A DNA stretch of 64,000 nucleotides from Takakia lepidozioides. Lineage: Eukaryota > Plantae > Bryophyta. The translations under genes and the position numbers were made by a program. The stretch is taken from the NCBI GenBank assembly GCA_030704615.1, contig CM060732.1:12772001-12836000 (forward strand). The letters run 5' to 3'. Below are positions 54,766 to 64,000 of the stretch, one piece after another (position 1 is the first letter of the stretch; every line of letters starts with the position of its first letter). The notes under the pieces were generated by a model. It was not told the DNA's origin. It saw nothing but the letters and a program-made list of their open reading frames with translations, and did not search any database.

Positions 54766-56873
54766 ATTATAAGCGGAATGCGATGCATTGGAATCGCGGA
54801 GGGCGGAGCTCCGCCCTCCCGCTATGTTTTCCGCTAACTTCTTAACTCTGCCTAACTCTTTAGGGTTTTGCTATCCTTCCCACCAGCCCCTTATCTCTTT
54901 GTCATTTTTATGGCGCTTCCGCTATCTTGTCCACTCTACTGATCTAGTTATAGCCGCCACCATGACCAAGACCTCTGTTCATCTCGCTGCTACGCAGCGA
55001 ATCTTTCACGCTGATCGTGGACACCACCACACTCTTTACCGCCTCTCTCTAGCACTTTTGTTAAGCTTTACTTTGCTTGATTCCATGAAGTTTTTCACTT
55101 TTCAGCTCAAAAGCTGTGTCTCCGCTATGAACATAGCAAGCTGCTATGAGGAACTGTCACACCAACAGCTTTTTACTTTGGCTCCCCAATACTGCACTCT
55201 CCAAGCACCCGAATGCTCGTCCTTACCACTGCATCAGCTTGCAGGTATCAGATCCCCGAATGATCAGCATGTGCCGACCTTGGTCTTGAGCCGAAGAAGC
55301 CCGTTTGGCGATTTTGGAGAAACCGAGACCTGTTTAAATGCCCGGTTTATCATCTCTTCCCCCCTTGTCAACCCTTGCGAGCGATGTATGCAGCTCTTGC
55401 TACGACATGGCTCAGACAAATGCAACTGCCGCATAGTCGACCTCAAGCGCCCCCGTAGAGTCTCGGGCATCGCAACCATCCTCAAGCTATTCCAGTACCT
55501 GGTGGAGCGAAACCCAACCCTGCATTTCGACAACTTGATTCGAATAGGCACACTCTTACAGCCGGTGGCTCCTGGAGAAATGAATCTAGACAGTTCTGCA
55601 TGGTGGCCAACGGGCTGGCAGACCGAGCTGATGGAAGACAGCGATTGCTTTGGCCTTCTTCAAACCCTGGTGAACGGTGGCGTGTTGGCGATCGGAAGTC
55701 GCCCTCTGGCGCAGCTAAGGCCCTGGTTGCACAGATACATTCTCATACCCACTCTACCCTCCACCTTCTTCCAAGACCGAACGGTATGCGACACTACCTA
55801 CGCGCTTCAACCCCCTCTTTCTTTTTGCAAACCTATAATCTACATGCTGCCCTTCAAGTCCGGATTGGTTCTTTCTCTGTCTCGTTCACCCACTGGCCAT
55901 TCTCATGTACACATACTTCATGCCACATTTGCCATAATTGCTCTCCCTACCATGCTGCCACAACAGATGACATACGGCTCAATACTCTTTGTTGCTGGCC
56001 CTGCCCTTCACTAAATGATTCTTCTCACTATTCCATGCCCATTTTTCTGACCATTCAATGTCTCTCTGATTACTGGTCACACACCCTGTCACATGTTCGT
56101 GCTTACTCTTTATTTTCTGCTGCTGTATCTCACACATGGGCTCAGCAGCATGCCTCTGAGGCTATGAAGCTGCCCTACCAAGCATTAGATGTTGATTACT
56201 TTCCCACCATTATTGTATCTACCCCCACCCCTACTGATATAAAGTGTTGTGTTTTACAGATATATCCCGAAACCCCACGCATCTACCACATCAAAGCGTG
56301 CCACTGCAATCTTAATTAAGAAACTGCTCCAACAGCGTGCAACAACTTTCACACACGAGGCTATGGTTGCTCTGCAATTTTGAGGAAAACCTGCCCACAC
56401 CTACTCAATGTCATATCCTGTTAATGCAAACCCATTCCCAGGTATGTACTCTCCACTTTACAATGCCTTGCTGCACATGATCTCAAGCCTCACCAACTGT
56501 TGTACTTTTATCTTCAGGTTGATGGGGTACCCCTGCCGGCATTCTCTCACCAACCGGACCACTCATGGCCAATTCACCAGCATTGCACTCTATCCCTGTT
56601 CCTTTAGCTATCCATGCCCCTGCCCCCACAGGCGCAGAGCTGTGACTCAAGACCAGCACCTTGGGCAAGTTGCCCTCTATCAGTCGCCACTCATGGTACC
56701 ACAATTCACTTACCCTGGTACAAGACTTCTCAATCTTTGTTAGCTGAAGCATAGCTCCAACAACGCATTGTTGTTCTTCCCTCCTCTACCAGCACAACAA
56801 GAGGAGCTTCTGGTGTTCGCGCGGGACACCGTCTCAACTCGTGCAATGATGCGGTGGGTAATTGGTTAGTAGC

Positions 56874-58268
56874 CCTGTATGTCCAATGTACCATCAGACA
56901 GGTCCCAAAGTAATATGAGATCAATCGAAATTCGTTCAATGGGCCAATGAGGCGTTCACGTGTCATCCAATTTTGTTCATTGCGATAAAGAAATTATGTC
57001 ATGGATGAACGGGTAATGCACCCATTGAACGGAATTTCGATTGATCTCATATTAGTCCGGGACCTGTGAGAGGGTGTACCGAACGTACTGGCAAAGTTTG
57101 AAACGAAAATCATTTGGATTAACCATCCGTTGGCCCATTGGACAAATTTCGTTTCATCTCGTATTACTCCGGGACCTCTTAGATGGTAGATTGCACACTG
57201 GCAAAGTCTGAAAGCGAACCAAAATCATTCAAATAGGCAACCATCCGTTCAGCCATCGAATGAATTTTGATTGATCTCATATTGGTCCGGGACCTATGAG
57301 AGGGTGTACCGAACGTACTGGCAAAGTTTGAAAGCAAACAAAAATGATTTGGATAGGCAACCATCCGTTCAACCGTTTGACGAATTCCGTTTGATGTGCT
57401 ATTACTCTGGGACCTGTTGGACGGCGTTTCGGGTGCACATGATTTTTTTTCTCATTCCATTTTTAAACCATATGTCTAACGACGGCATATGCAACGTGCG
57501 TACCAAATTTCATAGCGAACAAAAGTCATTAGGACCCAAAACCACAGTTTCTTCCCTAATCTGCACTTCAAATTTGATTTGTCTTCTACTTCATGCACTC
57601 TTCATAGATAGTTCTCCAATAGTGAGCGAAGAGAACACTTTTTTAAAAAATCATTTTTGTTTGGTCCAAATTTTTGCAGGGATATAGTGGTGGGAGGGTT
57701 GAAGCTAGAGAACAAGATTGAGCCAAAAATAAAACCGTTACGTAGCAGAAAACCCCAATCAAAGACAATGTAAACCTATTTATTTGCTTGAAATTCATTT
57801 AAACTCAATTTAATTGCAAATTGGTGGAAGGGCGAGGGCGTGGTTGGGGAGGCAAATGTTTGGTGCTTCTCTTGTTCCTCTGCACATGTGTTGCACACAT
57901 ATTCAAGCACATGCGGGCAAAAGATGGGCCTCAACCTCCTCCGTTCAATGGGTGCATTACCCGTTCATCCATGACATAATTTCTTTATCGCAATGAACAA
58001 AATTGGATGACACGTGAACGCCTCATTGGCCCATTGAATGAATTTCGATTGATCTCATATTACTTTGGGACATGTCTGATGGTACATTGGACATACAGGC
58101 CAAGGCTCGAAACGAACGAAAATCATTTGGATGGGCAACCATCCGTTGGCCCATTGGACAAATTTCGTTTCATCTCGTATTACTCCGGGACCCCTTACAT
58201 GGTAGATTGAGCACACAAGCAAAATCTGAAAGCGAACCAAAATCATTCAAATGGGCAACCATCCGTTC
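56874..58268. repeat. Inserted repeat block: 160-bp inverted repeat (56874-57033 / 57940-58099) plus ~118-bp tandem units; probable non-autonomous DNA-transposon remnant
   Basis: Inverted arms differ at 2 positions by eye. Units attt(c/t)g..t(g/c)atctc(a/g)tatt...gggacc...ggcaaagt(t/c)tgaaa...caaccatccgtt occur about 3.3 times in 57034-57420 and about twice in 58040-58268. Confidence 0.85.
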
Positions 58269-60279
58269 TACTCTACAACTTAGTAAGCATAATGCTTCAT
58301 CTGTAACGCCTATAGCTCCGGATATCCATTCTTTCCACAAATTGTTTGGTGTAATCTGTGCAGCTACCCCCACGGCAAGTCATGATGATCTGCAGGGATG
58401 CCCACTGCTGCCTGTGCCGCAAAAGTCGAGCTCAGTGGGCTTCACGAATGTGTGGTTCCGTCATGCTCAACAGAAAACCCTGCTCGGCCACCCAGCAAGC
58501 ATCCCCCAGGATCTGCCCCACAAAGCAGGCGGCCACAACAATGGATGCACAGGCTTGCCCACGTCCAGCCCTGTATGGCTGTCAATCACCATTCCCAACT
58601 GCCAGCCTTGCGCAGATGTACAGATGACAGGGTCTGCATTCATTTATCAGGCGCTACACTGAACCAGCCCGCCTATTTGCCAAAGTCCCCAATCCTATGG
58701 CGGCTTCACAAGAGTAGCAGGCCCCACACCACTTCCCTTCTACCTTCGTCTAATTCACTCCCAGGTAACCTCCTACCCACTCTACTAGACGCTCTCTGTT
58801 TTCTAGCTTCCAATGGGACTTATCATATGATTGCACTGCCCTCACGAACTCCCCAGTGTAACTGTTCCCCAGCTGGTGTAGCTCATCAGGCTGATCACCC
58901 GGGCTCTCCACCTCGCCGCAGCTTGTTCTTGCAGCACAGCTTATGCAACCCTTATGCCAATCCTGCTGCCCCCAGTGCCGGCAGCGCTACACCACTCAGG
59001 GAAGTCCACAGCTTACGCCATTGTCACAACTTTAATCGCAGTCCTTTGCTTTTGAAATTCATAATAAGATTGCCTGCTGCCCACACCACTGCTGTCGCTT
59101 TCAATAGAACTTCTCTCCTATGCTTTGAAATGGACATACCTTACTTCAAAGTCTAATCTATTCTTACCTCACCCTCCTCTCTCAATTGCCACTGCAGATT
59201 GGAGAGATATTCCATCAAGCCCCGGCGTTCTGCCGTCAAAGCTGACGATCACATACACAAATGCAGCACACCCCTATGCTTCCCAGGAACACGACATTGC
59301 ACCAATTCGCGCCACTCCAGTTAAAATTTTGGACCTCCCGAGGCCATCACGTATCTCCGCTCTGGCATTTTCCAACAACATTGCACCAAGGATCTCACAG
59401 ATAGTTTGTTTATTAAATGTGTTACTAGGTGATGGTTCTCAATTCACATTCTTTATCTATACCACGTATATTTACCCGCCTAGGGTATATCAAAGTCTGG
59501 CTCAAACCCAGCGCACTACCTTCACATCACTGCCTCACAACACCTACTCACACTACTTCATTCCACTCCCCTCCCTAATCACCTTAACACAATGGCGCTT
59601 TATAACACTCCCTCTGTACACTACTACCCAAACACACACACTGTACATGGCGAAATTTGTACGTCTCCCCCAGCTCTGTTTCATGCTGCCTTATACATCA
59701 GACTTGTCCACCCTCATCGATCATCACAGTTCTGCTTGCACATCAGGGCCCTGCCCAACTCAGGCTCAGCCATCTTACAAAAATCCATTATTCTCTCACT
59801 ACTACCCGTCCACACTCGCCACACCCCTGCCCCACAACAAGCACACCAGATGGCCCCAATACCAATGTCTCTATCTATTCAGTATATACCCCACAAGTAC
59901 ACTCTCTACCCGAAGTCTGTGTCCCAACTATCCCTCACCCATATATCCCTGCCCCTCTATTTGCTCTCTCAATCCTTCCAAGTGTCTTTCTTATGCCACT
60001 TCCACCAGGGACACCCCCGCATCTCCCTCCCTCTAACAACCACTACCAAACTACCCTCTCTACAGACCACTTAACAATCACATCCACACACGCGGCACCA
60101 GCTCATCCCCCTTATCTCAATCCGATGTCTTTATATTTTTCACACTCTACATCAACCCCCTCCACCGATACATAGACCGACCGTCCCTCCACACACATGG
60201 CCCGCATGGCTGTTACCATATTTATACCGACAAATCTAAACACTATTACCACTACCCTCCCTCGTCATTTAACTCATAT

Positions 60280-63200
60280 ATGTATACATGCCTACACCTA
60301 ATATTACTGCGATGTGGGGACATCCACCCCAACCCAGGGCCTACTGCTATTAGCGAAATTATCCAAGACCTCCCCGTCGATGCGCAAGACAGATACTCAT
60401 TATACTTCCAGCCGGACACCTTATCGCTCATGCATAACTATAGACACATTGGTGACCACTTCTCGCCCTTCTTCCAGCCACACCCTCCCGCCGCCCGCAT
60501 ACCCACACAAACCATCACTACCTTCGGGCTCCCCCCTAGCCGTTACCCAACACTTTCTAAAGCACTACAAAAACTTAAATCCTTCTCACAACCCCATCTA
60601 CTCTTCTCCCTTATAATCATCATCTCACCCCTGCCAGAAGCCTGTAATGGATTTCTCTACTCCCACTCCACTTCCCCACTCCGCCCCCTCCTCCTACAGC
60701 TAAAACGGCTGCCACTGCATCCACACAACTACTTAGCCCCACCTCACCTTCTATCCTCACTCCATGAATCCCTCAATCTGATGCAATCCCAACCGGGTGC
60801 TATACACAAAATCTTAGGCGAATATCTCGCTACCATAATCGCTCCTGCTTCCGACCTTACCGAGGCCACCCACAAATTCCCCTTCCTCTCCACTGACATC
60901 CTCAAATCCACACTCTCCGCAGTTAGTCCGATACCTGGATATAACCCCTCAACCTCAGCAAACCAAACCGCGGAACCGTCATTGGTCCGAGCATCTCCCA
61001 ACCCTACCCCTACCACCTCGGATACCCACACCTATGCACTAACTATTACTTCTTGGAATGTAGGGTCACTAGCTACTAGTATACAAAGCCTTCTCACTCT
61101 TCTCACCAACTCTTCTAAACCACATATCTTCCTTCTCCAAGAAACCAAGTTACACATGAACAACACTAGCAGTTCATACATAAATAAGCTTCTACCGGAC
61201 TATTACCTACTGTACGACACTCCTCTAACTGCCCAGCAATGCCTATCTCGCCGCTCCGCTCCATACAAACCCACCAGGGGGGGCGTTGCACTAGGTATTC
61301 TTCGCTCACATCACTCTCCAAGCACCACCACAAAACTTATGGTACCCATCCCCCTTCGGTCGCACCTTCAAATCATTCAGCTACACCCCCCAGCACTCTC
61401 TCCCATCACCATGATACATCTATACATGCCCTCACACCCCGAGGATCTTCCCCTCATAACTGACATACTACACACTATATCCCAAACAATTACCCATCCA
61501 AATAACCAGCACCACCACGTCATCCTCGCATGTGACTTCAACAGAGACATCGCTCTGCTGGGGCACTCCCATAACGGAACCCACAAACCACCATCCTCTG
61601 CAGATCACGAATGGGCTCGCTTCACCCAACAACTTGACCTCAGATACATCCCGGCGGACCATCACTACTCTCGGCAAGGTGGCCTTAACTACGCTTCCTT
61701 AAGCGCCTCCTGGACGGGTTTTACCTCAAAACCAGCAATAGTATCCTATCCTACCTCTTGAGTCACGTTCACCTCAATAGCCTATGCAACTCTGACCACT
61801 ACCCGATCTCTGTCTCCCTCCATCCCTCCCTCCATCCCTTCCGGCCCATTCCAGATGTGCATACCCCACCCCCCCAGCCCCGTATACTCTCACCCATACC
61901 TCCAAATAACGTCAAGGCCTTCCAACAACACTTCCATTCAGCCTCCTCTTATTTCATCGACAATATTTCCCCCATACTCTCTGACTCCAATTTAATACTA
62001 TCCCCAGAGGATGCCTGGAATGAAGCCGACCAGACAATCACATCCACATTACAAGAAATGACCAAGAGTGTGTTAGCTACATGCTCGGCTCCCCATGCCC
62101 TCCCCCAAACAACGCGATCAACACAAAACGGGGGCTATCTCATCACATCTCAACACATACCACACCATACGTCGCGCACTTGTTGTTATACCTCCCCCCC
62201 CCGGCCCCCTTATTTAATAACTGGAGGACGGACCCACGCATCACTTGTTTAAACACCCTTCTCATATGTCAACCAATTATGCCCCCTCCTGCGGACGACC
62301 CCTCCCTCCCTCAATGGCTCGCCTCCCTCTCCAAGCTCGGCCGGGAAGCAAAAAGAGCTGCATACCTTATCACTAAACAAAAAGCCTCCGCCAACCACAA
62401 AAAATTTGTCACCACCTTTGGCCAACTACTACATGACCACCCTAAACGGGCCCACAAAGCTATCTTCAACCCTGCCATTAACCCGCCCATCGACTGCCTC
62501 AAACACAGACTTGGGCACCTACTAACCAAACCTGTCGATATCAACACCGAAATCTGGCTCCAAGCCTCTTCTTCCTATACACCCACTGTAGACAACTGTC
62601 TACATCCTAGACATCACTTACCCAACTGCATGTGTAAAGTCAAACATTACCCCTGGCACGATCTTGACGGCTTTTCTCTGGACTCACGTGGCTCCCCCAC
62701 GGACCGCCTCCTTGACCTCTTCACAATTGGCCTATATGACTTGTGTGTAAAAGCTCTTCCTAAAGCAAAGGCCCCCGGAGATCTCAACCCTAATGCCATT
62801 CTACAGTCACTTGACCCCCAATTTCATGCTCTGCTCTTCAAATTCTTCCGACTCTGCTACCAGCTCCAATGTATCCCACAATCCTAGAAGCATAGCCGAA
62901 CCATTCTACTATTTAAAAAAGGCGACCCCACCAACCTCAGTAATTACAGACCCATTGCCCTTGCAAACACTATCTACAAACTATTCACTAGCACCCTTAC
63001 CACGATGCTATCTTCCTATGGCGAACAACACCGTATCCTAAGCGACCCCCAATAAGGCTTCCGCGCAACACGTAGCATCACCAGGCAAATCTAATATATC
63101 TTATCTGCCCTAGAAGACGCTAAACTCACGAAACAAGATATCTACCTCCTCTACATTGACTTTAAGAACGCCTTTGGCTCCATGGACCACCCCTGTCTAC

Positions 63201-64000
63201 TCCCCATCATGGCAGACTTGGGTTACCCTATAGATGCCATCCAACTCATCGGGAACATTTACACCAACAGTACCACTGAATACACAGGTTTTACTATGGC
63301 ACCACCTCCCCTATTCCCATCCTTCGTGGTACCATCCAAGGGGACACTCTGAGCCCCTACCTATTCATCATCTTTCTAGAACCTCTCCTACGCTGGTTTG
63401 CCCAAGGCAACTTAGGCTACCACTACAAAACCTCCCCCAATGAAATCTCAGCGGCAGCATATGCGGACAACCTTGCTATTCTCGCACACAAGCCTCAGCA
63501 CCTCAACCGACAGGCGGACAAATTATCCCGCTTTAATCAATGGTCTGGTATGGAACTAAGCCTCAATAAATGTGCGGTCACCGCTGCTACCCACGGCAGT
63601 AAGCTCACAAAATCCACGATAGCTTCCCACTGCATGCTCCATCTACACTATCAACAAAAATCTTTCCCCTTTTTGGGCCCGGATGAACCCACACCTACCT
63701 AGGCATACAATTGGTTCCATCACTAACCTGGCATATACAAAGGAACACCACTCTTTCCAAACTAACCAACAAGAGTTTAGCTCTATTCATTGCCCCCATC
63801 TCCATCCGTCCTAAACTAACTATCATCCAAAGAGTTCTCAACCCTCAAATCCAATACACCTTTCACGCGGCCCCCTTCTCTATACCGGATATCAAACTAC
63901 TCGACGCCAATATTATCCAACTCAAACGCATTTGTGGCCTCCCCACCAGCACCCCTAACATTCTTACCCAACTTCCACATGACAGTATTGGGATTGGTTC
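60280..64000 (+). pseudogene. LINE ORF: 2A-like peptide, APE endonuclease and reverse transcriptase, disrupted
   Basis: GDIHPNPGP; ITSWNVGSL, IFLLQET, ILACDFN, SDHYPI (APE); KAPG, LLFKKGDPTNLSNYRPIALANTIYKLF, YIDFKNAFGSMDH, RGTIQGDTLSPYLF, AYADNL (RT). Several stops and frameshifts. Confidence 0.9.

Larger units (their letters stand above)
54770..64000 (+). mobile_element. Large non-LTR retrotransposon (LINE) region running off the window end; 5' boundary uncertain
   Basis: C-rich sense strand and intronless broken ORFs from 54788. APE and RT domains from 60280 onward. Assigning 54770-60280 to the same element is inference. Confidence 0.65.

Noticed and set aside
57034-57420. Repeat-spacer-like pattern resembling a CRISPR array
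   Set aside because: Units are homologous over their whole ~118 bp with no unique spacers; eukaryotic context and no cas genes.

Overview
Eukaryotic, intron-containing land-plant nuclear DNA, probably from a non-seed plant (species not determinable here). Host genes are three class III secretory peroxidases (exon 1 only at 214-441 on the minus strand; complete 4-exon genes at 19558-22024 plus and 39695-41592 minus) and a 15-exon, 580-aa LRR protein starting MGGACSR (4270-12437 minus, At1g15740-like). Transposable elements fill most of the rest. The main one is a 13,996-bp Mutator-like element (24048-38043) with ~230-bp TIRs and a perfect 9-bp TSD. It carries a decayed SWIM/MULE transposase, a zinc finger plus Ulp1-protease gene, three to four orphan cargo genes and a 10-bp-periodic motif array. 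There is also a Ty3/gypsy chromovirus (47077-53663, TSD TCCCA) with asymmetric LTRs, a second Ty3 pol fragment, several LINE remnants, and a large APE-RT LINE running off the right end whose ORF begins with a 2A-like GDIHPNPGP peptide. The best candidate for an undescribed system is the multi-gene MULE, whose layout resembles VANDAL elements. All protein assignments come from motif recognition by eye; no searches were run.
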